The translations under genes and the position numbers were made by a program. DNA of 64,000 nucleotides, taken from Chitinophagales bacterium (GTDB lineage Bacteria; Bacteroidota; Bacteroidia; Chitinophagales; UBA10324). Within the stretch, counting starts at the first letter, position 1, and each line of letters begins with the position of its first letter. Shown here piece by piece: positions 20,812-30,426 of the stretch. Below the pieces are notes generated by a model. It searched no databases and had not been told where the DNA came from. It saw only the letters and a program-made list of their open reading frames with translations. The stretch covers positions 43,740-107,739 of the forward strand of contig JBGAWA010000001.1 in assembly GCA_044227805.1 (NCBI GenBank), given 5' to 3'.

Positions 20812-21073
20812 TGAAATAAGCTGAAGCAGACTGTGGTTCGGAATATTCATTCCAAAGAATTTTGTTGTGGCAGCACAAGATGGAAAGTTACAGGCTGAAG
20901 GTGCAATTCGAATATGCCTTGTCGACGTTTATGGATCTTCAATCGGGATCTTATCCATACACGCTGATTCTACAGTTGAAAGCATTGAGGTGATTTCTTC
21001 TGAAATAAAGTTGTTCATGATTCATCAAATACTTTTTGAACACATGAGAATACGCAAAATATTGCTACACCCA

Positions 21074-21118
21074 GGTTAAACCCGTTGCTATTTTGAACTG
21101 CCAAAAATGCGGATTGAA
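21074..21118 (+). repeat. solo right-end fragment of the 162-bp element
   Basis: GGTTAAACCCGTTGCTATTTTGAACTGCCAAAAATGCGGATTGAA matches the right ~45 bp of the element. The sequence upstream is unrelated. Confidence 0.6.
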
Positions 21119-21205
21119 CACGACATTTATTTTGTAGAATGACCATTATCATTTTTCATGGCTTTCATCAGTGCTAATTTTATGCTGAATTAAAACTTTT
21201 ATGCC

Positions 21206-22222
21206 ATGAAACTCCTACCAATTATTTCGCTGGCATTATGGCTTACGTTGCCATCTTATGCGCAAATTACATTGACCTCAGCGAATACTCCCGCAGCAGG
21301 TGACGATTATATCGCACAGGGATGTGATACGACCGGTGTTGAACCCGGAAACAGTGGTGCCAATGTCATGTGGGATTTCAGTGCCCTCATTCCGGAGGGG
21401 GAAGCCGTAACCGATCAGTACGTTACACCCGGCAGTACGCCTTATGCATCCTCTTTTCCCACTGCTACCATTGTTCAAAATGTGTATAACAGCTTATTCC
21501 TGTATTACAAAGTGACTGAAACAGCGCAGAGTTTTTTAGGAATGGGTAACTCTGTAATGCTGGAAATATATGATGATCCGGAATTGCTGATTTCCTTTCC
21601 TTTCACTTTCAATTCCACCTTAACGGATCCGTTTTCAGGCTCCTACGATGTGCTGGGAATTACCACCTATCACTTTGGAACCCATACACTCACAGCGGAT
21701 GCTTATGGCACGCTGATACTTCCTACCGGTACTTACAATAATGTGCTAAGGGTTAAATCGGTCAATGATGCGAAAGACTCGATGTATATTTTCGGTACAT
21801 CAAATGTCAATCATGATGTTAATGTCTCCTGGCTATGGTACACTGCCAGTGGCAGGTATCCCCTTTTTGAAATCGTGAAAACAACAAGCACTACACAAAG
21901 CGGAACTTATCACAGCAAGGCAGTAGCTTATAGAAGTGGCGGCACTTTCATTACCGAAAAAAATACATTGCACAGCATACTCATCAGCCCTAATCCTGTA
22001 GCCGATGCCGCCAACATTAAAGTGAACTGCAAGCATGCATGCTCTGCCATCATTAATGTTTTGGATCTTACCGGTAACAAGATGCAAAGTGTTTTTATTG
22101 GGTCACTACTTCCGGGTGTAAACGATTTTCATTTTAACAGGGGGCAGCTATCACCAGGCATGTACCTGCTGGAGGTAATTGCGGATGGAGTACGTGACGA
22201 GGCAAAAATCATCGTGCAATAA
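21206..22222 (+). CDS. secreted protein of unknown function with a T9SS C-terminal sorting domain
   Basis: 338 aa with a signal peptide (…LPSYAQ) and a C-terminal ISPNPVADAANI...GMYLLEV...KIIVQ. Confidence 0.7.
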   Translation: MKLLPIISLALWLTLPSYAQITLTSANTPAAGDDYIAQGCDTTGVEPGNSGANVMWDFSALIPEGEAVTDQYVTPGSTPYASSFPTATIVQNVYNSLFLYYKVTETAQSFLGMGNSVMLEIYDDPELLISFPFTFNSTLTDPFSGSYDVLGITTYHFGTHTLTADAYGTLILPTGTYNNVLRVKSVNDAKDSMYIFGTSNVNHDVNVSWLWYTASGRYPLFEIVKTTSTTQSGTYHSKAVAYRSGGTFITEKNTLHSILISPNPVADAANIKVNCKHACSAIINVLDLTGNKMQSVFIGSLLPGVNDFHFNRGQLSPGMYLLEVIADGVRDEAKIIVQ

Positions 22223-22323
22223 ATAAATGCAAACTGCAGCTGCTTACGTTCAATTTACAGATCAGGTTTATAACGTATTATTCCTGGAGGAGGAAAATTC
22301 CTCTGTTGTAGTGCCGAGCACAT

Positions 22324-22485
22324 TTGAACCCGGATTTTTCAGTGGAAAAATCCCGCTTTGCTGCGACTTAGAACTGCTAAGGGTTTGCTCAATTTGTCAA
22401 GAAAAGAAAATGTTTCACAAACCCTAAGCAGTTCTACGTCGGGGTTAAACCCGTTGCCGCTTTGAACTGCAAAATGTGGGTTGAA
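22324..22485 (+). repeat. 162-bp TIR/hairpin element, copy 1
   Basis: Direct sequence identity with the four other copies. It has terminal inverted repeats, a left hairpin and a long central stem. Confidence 0.9.
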
Positions 22486-22708
22486 ATTGCAAAGTACCTT
22501 CCTCACGAAATAAATCTCCCATGCTCAATAGCAACTGCAGTAACAACTGTTTGCATCCGTCCGTGATTGCTTTCAAATTTTTCTGCTACCTGGCGTATAT
22601 TTCAATCTATGTTTCGAACAGTATGCAAACCGGCTTAGTTACAGGTCAACTTTGCGCTTCAGTCCATCCGTTCCACCAGCAGCAGCAATTTGTGCTGATA
22701 ATAAGAAA

Positions 22709-25321
22709 ATGCAACACATGAATTTTCACCTTTTGTCGGTTGCTGAGATTTATAAATTGCTTGACAGCAGCGCTGAGGGACTGAGTGCTGAAGAGGGTGA
22801 ACAACGGTTACAGCAATACGGTCAAAACAGGTTAGCGGAAAGAAAAAAAGTATCGGCGGCAGTCCTGCTGTTATACCAGTTAAAAGAAGTTATGGTACTG
22901 ATACTGCTGGCCGCAGCAGCCATTTCAATGGTGACAGGCGATACAAAAGATGCCATTGTAATTATCGCTATTGTTATACTGAATGCCATCATTGGTTTTG
23001 TTCAGGAATACCGTGCCGGGAAAGCAATGGAAGCATTGAAGAAATTATCCGCATCCTATGCAACGGTCAGAAGGTCTGGCCATATCCGGCAATTACCGGC
23101 AACAGCAATAGTGCCTGGAGACGTTGTCATACTCGAAGCCGGTGTTATCGTACCGGCAGACATCCGGCTTACGCAGTCTCATTCATTAAGAATTGACGAA
23201 TCAGCACTTACCGGCGAAGCAAGCGCCGTGGAAAAATGTACGGAAGAAATAAATATTCCTCTTCTCCCGCTAGGCGATCGTCTTAACATGGCTTATAAAT
23301 CTACGATTGTAAGTTATGGGCGAGGTGAGGGAATGATAGTAGCTACAGGGATCAACACGGAAATCGGGCGTATCGCACAGCTGCTTGAGGCAGATGAACA
23401 ACAAACGCCACTGCAAAAAAGGTTAGCTGACTTTGGTAAAAAAATATCCATCATCGTCGTCATCATCTGCATGGTACTATTTGTTGCAGGATGGATGCGG
23501 GGAGAGGACACCATCAAAATGCTGCTCACCTCTATTTCCATCGCAGTAGCAGCTATTCCTGAAGCGTTGCCCGCTGTGATCACGATTGCATTGGCATTGG
23601 GTGCAAAACGGATGGTGCGGCAAAATGCGCTGATCAGAAAACTGACAGCCGTGGAGGCATTAGGTTCCGTCACCTACATCTGTTCTGATAAGACAGGTAC
23701 CATCACACAAAATCAGATGAAGGTGACCGATATGTGGCTCTCGCCTTCTTCCGGTGGCCTGTATGATTTATCAGCCAGAGATCTGTTGTTGCTGGCGATG
23801 GAAATGAATCATGATGTGGTAAAAGATGAAAACGATTCGCTGGTAGGAGACGCAACAGAAATTGCTCTCGCTAAATATGCGAGCAGTCATTTCCATCATG
23901 CAAAGTACTCCGATGGAAAGCGGACGCATGAGCTGCCCTTTGATCCGGGCAGAAAAAGGATGACGACTATTTACCCTTTTCAAAACAAATGGCTGATCGT
24001 AACCAAGGGTGCGGTTGAAACAGTACTGGCTATCTGCCATCCTTCCATTGATGATACAATAGCAGAAAAAGCAATAGACTTCGCAAAACAGGGCAAGCGG
24101 GTTTTGGCCTATGCCATCTGCGTTCTCGACAGGCTGCCGGATGTAATAGCCATTGAAACCATTGAACATCACTTGCAATGCATTGGCCTGGTAGCCATGA
24201 TGGACGCGCCAAGGGAAGGAGTTAAACAGGCTATCGCTGATTGCTACGAAGCCGGCATCACCCCCGTTATGATTACCGGTGATCATCCGGTAACGGCGAA
24301 AACAATTGCCATTGAAACCGGTATCATCCGGCATGAAACAGACAGGATCATGACCGGTCCGGAACTTGACGGATTACCTGACGGTGAATATGAAAGGTCC
24401 ATTGCCGATATTAAAGTGTATGCACGGGTTTCCCCTGAACAAAAACTCAGGATCATCAAGACGCTGCAACAAAAAAACGAGCTGGTGGCTATGACCGGTG
24501 ATGGTGTGAATGATGCCCCCGCATTGAAACGGGCAAACATTGGAATTGCCATGGGCATCACCGGCACGGAGGTGTCCAAAGAATCGGCTCATATGATTCT
24601 GCTCGATGACAATTTCACATCCATCATTCTTGCCGTGCGGGAAGGGAGAAGGATTTTTGACAACATCAGGAAATTCATAAAATATGTAATGGCCTGCAAT
24701 GGCGGTGAGCTATGGACCATCTGCCTGGCACCACTGGCGGGATTGCCTGTTCCGCTGCTGCCGGTACAAATTCTCTGGGTTAATCTCGTTACCGATGGAC
24801 TACCGGGTCTGGCATTCACAGTAGAACCGGCAGAAGAAAATGTACTCAAACGACTGCCGAGGAAACCCGGCGAGAGTTTTTTTGCCGGTGGACTTGGTGT
24901 TCACATTCTTTGGGTGGGTAGCCTGCTGGGCACCCTCTGTTTAGGAATTCAAGCCTGCACGTTTTACTTCGGTAACGATAACTGGCAAACCATGATTTTC
25001 ACCGTGCTGAGCATCTCACAACTCGGACATGCCATGGCTATCAGGAGTGATACGAAGTCACTATTCAAACAGGGAGTCTTTGGAAACAGACAATTGGCTT
25101 TGGCAGTATTACTTACATTGGGATTACAGATTGCCGCAGTGTATGTTCCTTTCATGCAAAACATGCTGGGCACTCAACCGCTTTCAATTCCTGAATTGCT
25201 AATCTGCATCCTGCTGTCCAGCATCGTATTCTGGGCGGTAGAAATTGAAAAATATTGTAAAAGAAACCGCATGCAAAAAAACACAGGATCATCTTTCAGG
25301 AAAAATGAATTTGCCCAGTAA
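22709..25321 (+). CDS. cation-transporting P-type ATPase (type II, Ca2+/Mg2+-like)
   Basis: Track ORF starts at 22652; the likely ATG is 22709 or 22718. Motifs: TGES-like TGEAS, phosphorylation site CSDKTGTITQNQM, TGDGVNDAPALK, IPEALPAV, and about 10 TMs. Confidence 0.9.
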   Translation: MQHMNFHLLSVAEIYKLLDSSAEGLSAEEGEQRLQQYGQNRLAERKKVSAAVLLLYQLKEVMVLILLAAAAISMVTGDTKDAIVIIAIVILNAIIGFVQEYRAGKAMEALKKLSASYATVRRSGHIRQLPATAIVPGDVVILEAGVIVPADIRLTQSHSLRIDESALTGEASAVEKCTEEINIPLLPLGDRLNMAYKSTIVSYGRGEGMIVATGINTEIGRIAQLLEADEQQTPLQKRLADFGKKISIIVVIICMVLFVAGWMRGEDTIKMLLTSISIAVAAIPEALPAVITIALALGAKRMVRQNALIRKLTAVEALGSVTYICSDKTGTITQNQMKVTDMWLSPSSGGLYDLSARDLLLLAMEMNHDVVKDENDSLVGDATEIALAKYASSHFHHAKYSDGKRTHELPFDPGRKRMTTIYPFQNKWLIVTKGAVETVLAICHPSIDDTIAEKAIDFAKQGKRVLAYAICVLDRLPDVIAIETIEHHLQCIGLVAMMDAPREGVKQAIADCYEAGITPVMITGDHPVTAKTIAIETGIIRHETDRIMTGPELDGLPDGEYERSIADIKVYARVSPEQKLRIIKTLQQKNELVAMTGDGVNDAPALKRANIGIAMGITGTEVSKESAHMILLDDNFTSIILAVREGRRIFDNIRKFIKYVMACNGGELWTICLAPLAGLPVPLLPVQILWVNLVTDGLPGLAFTVEPAEENVLKRLPRKPGESFFAGGLGVHILWVGSLLGTLCLGIQACTFYFGNDNWQTMIFTVLSISQLGHAMAIRSDTKSLFKQGVFGNRQLALAVLLTLGLQIAAVYVPFMQNMLGTQPLSIPELLICILLSSIVFWAVEIEKYCKRNRMQKNTGSSFRKNEFAQ

Positions 25322-25406
25322 CAGCAGGATATAAAATAAAGGTGTATCAGGCAACTTTTTTCCCCTTCACTTTATACCTTCAATGCGCAAATAAAAATTA
25401 TTCGCT

Positions 25407-26168
25407 ATGATAACCAACAAAATTGCCTTGATTACAGGAGGCAGCAGAGGACTGGGAAGAGATATGGCCATTCGGCTTGCTGAATACGGGCATGATGTGA
25501 TCATCACCTATCATACCCGCAAAGAACTTGCTCAGGAAGTGGCTACTGCCATTCAAAACCTCGGAAGAAAGTGCGCTATTCTGCAATTCGATGCTTCTAT
25601 ATTTGATTCCATTGATGCATTGCTAAAAAGCCTACAACAAACGCTGCAGGACAAATGGCAACGGTCACATTTCGATTTTTTGATCAACAACGGCGGTATT
25701 GGAGCCACCATTCCATTTTCGCAGGTGACGGAAGAAGACTTTGACCGCTTCCTCAACATCCATTTTAAAAGCATTTATTTCCTTACCCAACGGGCCTTGC
25801 CTTTGATTAATACCGGAGGAAGAATCATCAATATTTCAACAGGCACCACAAGGTTTTGCGTTCCGGGATATTCGGTTTATGCTTCTATGAAAGGAGCCAT
25901 CGAAACATTCACAAAATATCTTGCAAAAGAAGTGGGTGCGAGGGGAATAACCGCTAATGTGCTTGCACCCGGTCCTATTGAAACAGATTTCAACAATGCT
26001 GCACTCAGAAATAACCCGGACCGGAAAACACTGATGGCCACACTCACCGCATTGGGCAGAGTGGGTCAGCCGTCAGATATCGGTGGTATTGTTACGTTTC
26101 TTTGTTCAAATGATGCCGGCTGGATCACCGGACAAAGGATTGAAGCATCAGGTGGCATTAACTTGTAG
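25407..26168 (+). CDS. SDR-family oxidoreductase
   Basis: 253 aa with TGGSRGLG, NNGG and catalytic YASMKGA. Confidence 0.9.
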   Translation: MITNKIALITGGSRGLGRDMAIRLAEYGHDVIITYHTRKELAQEVATAIQNLGRKCAILQFDASIFDSIDALLKSLQQTLQDKWQRSHFDFLINNGGIGATIPFSQVTEEDFDRFLNIHFKSIYFLTQRALPLINTGGRIINISTGTTRFCVPGYSVYASMKGAIETFTKYLAKEVGARGITANVLAPGPIETDFNNAALRNNPDRKTLMATLTALGRVGQPSDIGGIVTFLCSNDAGWITGQRIEASGGINL

Positions 26169-26251
26169 TTACAATATTCGCTGGAGAATATGCTTTCTAA
26201 TACCATCAATCAATTCATACCATTCACCTCCGGTTCTTTAACTGAATATTT

Positions 26252-26833
26252 ATGCTATCACTGAACTTCACTCCTTTTCCTTCATTAATCACTGAGCATA
26301 TTGCATTGCGCCCTTTGACCGTTGCAGATGCCGGCGATGTTTATATTCACCGGTCTGATGAAAGAATCCTGAAATTTATTGACAGTCCCAGAGCAAAAAG
26401 CATTGATGATGCGATTGCATTTATTCTGAAAATAAATAAAGCTGTCGCTGATAACGAATCCATTTTCTGGGCTATCCAAGCCAGGAATAATCCTGGCATG
26501 ATCGGAAGCATCTGTTTATGGAAAATTAAGTTCGAGGAGGAAGAAGCGGAGGTTGGTTACGTATTACATCCGGACCACCAGGGAAAAGGCCTTATGCAGG
26601 AAGCCTTGCATACGGTGCTTGATTATGGATTTGATGAGATGCAGCTAAGGTGTATTCTCGCAGAAGTGCATCCAGACAATATCAGATCAATAGCATTGCT
26701 GGTCAGAAACGGATTCAGGCAACAATCCGTTGCTCCGGATACGGCGATTTATGCACTGGAACGCCAGTTCAGGATATCAACTGTAGCAAGCAAAAAATGC
26801 TGCTTTAGCCCGGATCGTTTTCCTTTAAGATAA
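26252..26833 (+). CDS. GNAT-family N-acetyltransferase (RimJ/RimL-like)
   Basis: 193 aa with HPDHQGKGLMQEAL and the typical acyl-CoA-binding core. Confidence 0.8.
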   Translation: MLSLNFTPFPSLITEHIALRPLTVADAGDVYIHRSDERILKFIDSPRAKSIDDAIAFILKINKAVADNESIFWAIQARNNPGMIGSICLWKIKFEEEEAEVGYVLHPDHQGKGLMQEALHTVLDYGFDEMQLRCILAEVHPDNIRSIALLVRNGFRQQSVAPDTAIYALERQFRISTVASKKCCFSPDRFPLR

Positions 26834-26868
26834 TGATACACGCCGGCATTGAACTGCAAAATCAAAGC

Positions 26869-27660
26869 TCATGACATCTTGCAGACCAGTTCCTTAAAAA
26901 ATTTATAGGCAACCATGGCTGTCATCTGATGCGAATCACGCAACGGATTATACTCAACAATATCCGCCGCCACAACAGGCACTTTTATTTTTTGAATCAT
27001 GTTAATCACATCCCGCGTAGTGAGCCCGCCAGGTTCATGATGTGAAACACCGGGCGCAAATGCCGGATCAAGCGCATCAAGATCGAGCGAAACATACAAA
27101 GGACCTTTCAGCTCATCTATACATGAATCATTGAACCCACTTGCTGGAATAATGCTGACACCAAATCTTTCTGCCTGTTCCCGCTGATGTGTATTTAAAG
27201 TCCGTATGCCAACCTGTGTCAGCGATGCAATGACGTTGCGTTCCATGATCCTGGCAAACGGAGAAGCATGTGAATATGGATTCTGATCAAAACTGTCATA
27301 CAGATCGGCATGCGCGTCAATATGAAGCACATGAAGCGGTTGATGGACCTCAGCCACAGCGGTAATGAGCGGATAGGAAACAGAATGGTCCCCTCCGAAA
27401 GAAAAAATTTTTGAATGCCGCGCCAGGAATTTTCTTGCACCATAAAGAATATGTTGAAAAGCAGCCTCAGGATCGGCCTGTTCAAATTCCAGGTCACCAC
27501 AATCGGTGAAGCTGAAACCTTCCCTGATTTCCATACCCTTCTCTGCAAATGCATTCGATGATCCGTCCTTCCACATCTGACGGATAACCGGCGGTGCCAG
27601 TGCGGCACCCCGCAGGAATGAAGAATTGGCATCGTAAGGAATTCCAACAAGTTGTACCAT
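26869..27660 (-). CDS. arginase/agmatinase-family ureohydrolase
   Basis: 263 aa with the Mn-binding motifs GGDHSVSYP, IDAHADL and SLDLDALDP. Confidence 0.85.
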   Translation of the reverse strand: MVQLVGIPYDANSSFLRGAALAPPVIRQMWKDGSSNAFAEKGMEIREGFSFTDCGDLEFEQADPEAAFQHILYGARKFLARHSKIFSFGGDHSVSYPLITAVAEVHQPLHVLHIDAHADLYDSFDQNPYSHASPFARIMERNVIASLTQVGIRTLNTHQREQAERFGVSIIPASGFNDSCIDELKGPLYVSLDLDALDPAFAPGVSHHEPGGLTTRDVINMIQKIKVPVVAADIVEYNPLRDSHQMTAMVAYKFFKELVCKMS

Positions 27661-27871
27661 CTAATCAAGAACATTCAAAAACATACAGTAGATCCTCCGA
27701 CCGAGGAGCAACCTTGCGTATCATCTTCAAAACACTGCACCAGTCCTTTCATCAAATAAATTTAACTATTTTACAAAGCGAAGCAATCACCTGATAGTTT
27801 TCAGTGGGTCAATGTAAGTACAGCATCCTTTCATCAGCAGTGCCAATGACCGCATTACCCTTTATCTCTCA

Positions 27872-28300
27872 ATGCTAAAAAACTATTACTTCTGGATCAA
27901 AACTGTCATTCTTTTGCAGACACTCACCTTCCTGGCGCATTCTATGAGTTTCTTTTTTACACCGGTGGGCGAGAATGACACCGAACGTCAATTAATTGAG
28001 CTGATGCAATCTTACCATTCGGATATGGGTGCCGGCTTTGTACCAACTACACAGGATATACTGACCGCATTCAGCGCCTGTTTTGTACTGCTGTACCTGT
28101 TGGGAGCGTTAATTAACTGGCAGTTGTTACGTGTGAAAGCCGATCTGATCACCTGGAAAGGCATCATCCACATCAATTTATTTGTGTATGGAATCAGCTT
28201 TGGGGTAATGGCCTTCTTTACTTTTTTACCACCTATCATACTCACCGGACTTGTATTTCTTTGTCTGCTGATCGCTAGATTTACCTTTCCAAAATCCTGA
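27872..28300 (+). CDS. small integral membrane protein, unknown function
   Basis: 142 aa with about 4 hydrophobic segments and no recognisable motif. Confidence 0.5.
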   Translation: MLKNYYFWIKTVILLQTLTFLAHSMSFFFTPVGENDTERQLIELMQSYHSDMGAGFVPTTQDILTAFSACFVLLYLLGALINWQLLRVKADLITWKGIIHINLFVYGISFGVMAFFTFLPPIILTGLVFLCLLIARFTFPKS

Positions 28301-28303
28301 CTG

Positions 28304-28924
28304 ATGTCCGTAATCAATCAACTGGCCACTTCGCTGGACCGCAGGGATGAAGAGCCGAATATTCACCTGGCCAAAAAGATAGCTGCCAGGGCAGACCATG
28401 AGGCTGTGGCCGAACTCATGGCATGCCTTCAGCACAAAGACAAAAATATCAGGCATGACTGCATCAAGGTTTTATATGAAGCAGCGGCCATTCAACCAGC
28501 ACTCATTGCACCCTACTACAAGAGGTTTCTTGAATTGCTGGAAACGGGCAGTACGAGGATGCTTTGGGGAGCCATGACTGCACTTGACTACGTAGCGCAA
28601 GAAATTCCCGGCGAGCTGTACAAAGCGCTGCCTAAAATTGTATCCGGTGCAGATAAAGATTCCGTTATTGCGCGCGACCATGCTGTTGGTATTTTTGCCA
28701 AACTCTCTTCGATGGAGCATTATGCTGGTAAAGCTTTTCCTGCGCTAATCAGGCAACTGCTGACATGTCCGCTCAATCAACTGCCGATGTATGCCGAGAT
28801 TGCATCGGCAAATGTCCTTAAGCAACACCGGCAAACATGCAGGGAAACGCTGCAAAAAAGACTTCCGGAAGTTGTAAAAGAATCGCAGCGCAAGCGATTG
28901 ATGAAAGTGCTGCGTAACTTATGA
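28304..28924 (+). CDS. hypothetical alpha-helical (HEAT/ARM-like) protein
   Basis: 206-aa ORF starting 3 nt after the upstream stop. Its composition is helical-repeat-like. The family is not recognised. Confidence 0.45.
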   Translation: MSVINQLATSLDRRDEEPNIHLAKKIAARADHEAVAELMACLQHKDKNIRHDCIKVLYEAAAIQPALIAPYYKRFLELLETGSTRMLWGAMTALDYVAQEIPGELYKALPKIVSGADKDSVIARDHAVGIFAKLSSMEHYAGKAFPALIRQLLTCPLNQLPMYAEIASANVLKQHRQTCRETLQKRLPEVVKESQRKRLMKVLRNL

Positions 28925-28988
28925 ATTACGTTTCCATGACCCTACATCATTCAGCTAAAAAGGGGTAGAAATCCCATGCCATCAAATC

Positions 28989-29552
28989 ATGAACGAAGAA
29001 TTAGGCTCAGCCCTTCTCAGGATTTCACCCTTTATCCTGCTGATTACTGTTATCAGCTTGTTTTTGCGGCTTAAGCGATTCAGCCGTAGCGACCTCCAGA
29101 TACAGCCTCCAGTTTCCTGGTTAATTTATGCCGGGTGGTGCCTTTCATTTTTACTATTTATTGCCGTTACTGAAGTTGTTATGCTCAAAATCGGCCTTCT
29201 GAAGACAGACTCCTGGCAGCATCCGTTCTTGCCTTCCATCATCAGGATAACAGGTGCAGTTATTCTGGCACCAGTGGCAGAAGAATTATTTTTCAGAGGA
29301 TTGCTTTTGTTCCGCCTGGAGCAATTGAAGATCCGACGGCCCATAATTATCGTTATACAGGCTATACTTTTTGTGATCTCCCACCATTTCGCTTATGAAA
29401 ATACAATGGAATCAAATATCGCTGTGGTGCAGACATTGGCAGACGCAACGCTGTATGCCTGTGCCAGGTACCACACCAAATCATTGCTGACACCGATAAC
29501 CATGCATATGTCTGGAAACATCATTGCGACGCTGGAGCGGTTCATTCTGTGA
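28989..29552 (+). CDS. CPBP-family intramembrane glutamic endopeptidase (CAAX protease-like)
   Basis: 187 aa, multi-TM, with EELFFRGLL and later His motifs (SHHF, TMHMSGN). Confidence 0.75.
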   Translation: MNEELGSALLRISPFILLITVISLFLRLKRFSRSDLQIQPPVSWLIYAGWCLSFLLFIAVTEVVMLKIGLLKTDSWQHPFLPSIIRITGAVILAPVAEELFFRGLLLFRLEQLKIRRPIIIVIQAILFVISHHFAYENTMESNIAVVQTLADATLYACARYHTKSLLTPITMHMSGNIIATLERFIL

Positions 29553-29820
29553 CACAAAAAGCAGCCGGGGGGTGCCATAGTAGTGGCACTTTCCGATCAT
29601 GCCCTTCTTGCGGTTACAGCAATCAATTTTTAATAAAAAGAATATCTTTCTGTGCAATTTGACGCAAGAAAGTGATTTGAACCGATTGGGGGAAATTCAC
29701 ATCATATCACATTGGATGTGTACTAGTGAGCGATAGTTCGGCTCCGCTCAGCATTACTTTCCACTGATTTATTTCAAAACAGATTTTTATATATTGTCAA
29801 CCGTTCAAAATACAGTTACC

Positions 29821-30210
29821 ATGAAAAGAGTGACAGGCATAGGTGGAATATTTTTTAAATGCGATGATACTGCCAGCCAGAAAGCCTGGTATGAAAAGCA
29901 TCTCGGCATGGAGATGTTTGATTGGGGTGGTACTATTTTCAAATGGCGCGATGTAGAACATCCTGAAAAGGAAGGAAGCACCACCTGGAGCACATTTAAA
30001 AAAGAGAGTCCCTACTTCGAACCCGGACAAAAACCCTTCATGATCAATTACCGGGTGGAGAATCTTGAAGAATTGTTAAAGGTGCTCAAAGATGAAGGGG
30101 TAGAGATCGTCGGCGAAATGCAAGTGTATGAATACGGCAAGTTTGGCTGGATCATGGATCCCGAAGGCAACAAGATTGAGCTATGGGAACCGGTTGATGA
30201 AAAATTATGA
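29821..30210 (+). CDS. VOC-family (glyoxalase/bleomycin-resistance-like) protein
   Basis: Track ORF starts at TTG 29794; the ATG is at 29821 (MKRVTGIGGIFFK). It ends DPEGNKIELWEP. Confidence 0.8.
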   Translation: MKRVTGIGGIFFKCDDTASQKAWYEKHLGMEMFDWGGTIFKWRDVEHPEKEGSTTWSTFKKESPYFEPGQKPFMINYRVENLEELLKVLKDEGVEIVGEMQVYEYGKFGWIMDPEGNKIELWEPVDEKL

Positions 30211-30426
30211 ATCGAAAATGACAGACTGCTGAAATCCTGTTTACCATTTTCCGGCTGCCGGCAGGGAATTCATGGGAGGATCAAGCACCAGCCGTTTTGA
30301 TAAGACAACGCAGAATTTCATAGTAGACCAATTCCATTTTAACAATAAAGCATTTTGAATTTTTGAAGAATTAATCCACGCTGTTCATAAAGCGGTCCAT
30401 TCAATTTCATCAGTTGGTATCATGCG

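Noticed and set aside
22227-22427. Small track ORFs lying on copies of the repeat element (22227-22427, 49438-49656, 13062-13262).
   Set aside because: The reading frames are not conserved between near-identical copies, and indels between copies shift the frame. The element is better explained as non-coding.
22486-22708. An M-box or other metal riboswitch in the ~220-nt leader of the P-type ATPase.
   Set aside because: No recognisable M-box core by eye. The long spacer is largely explained by the element copy immediately upstream.
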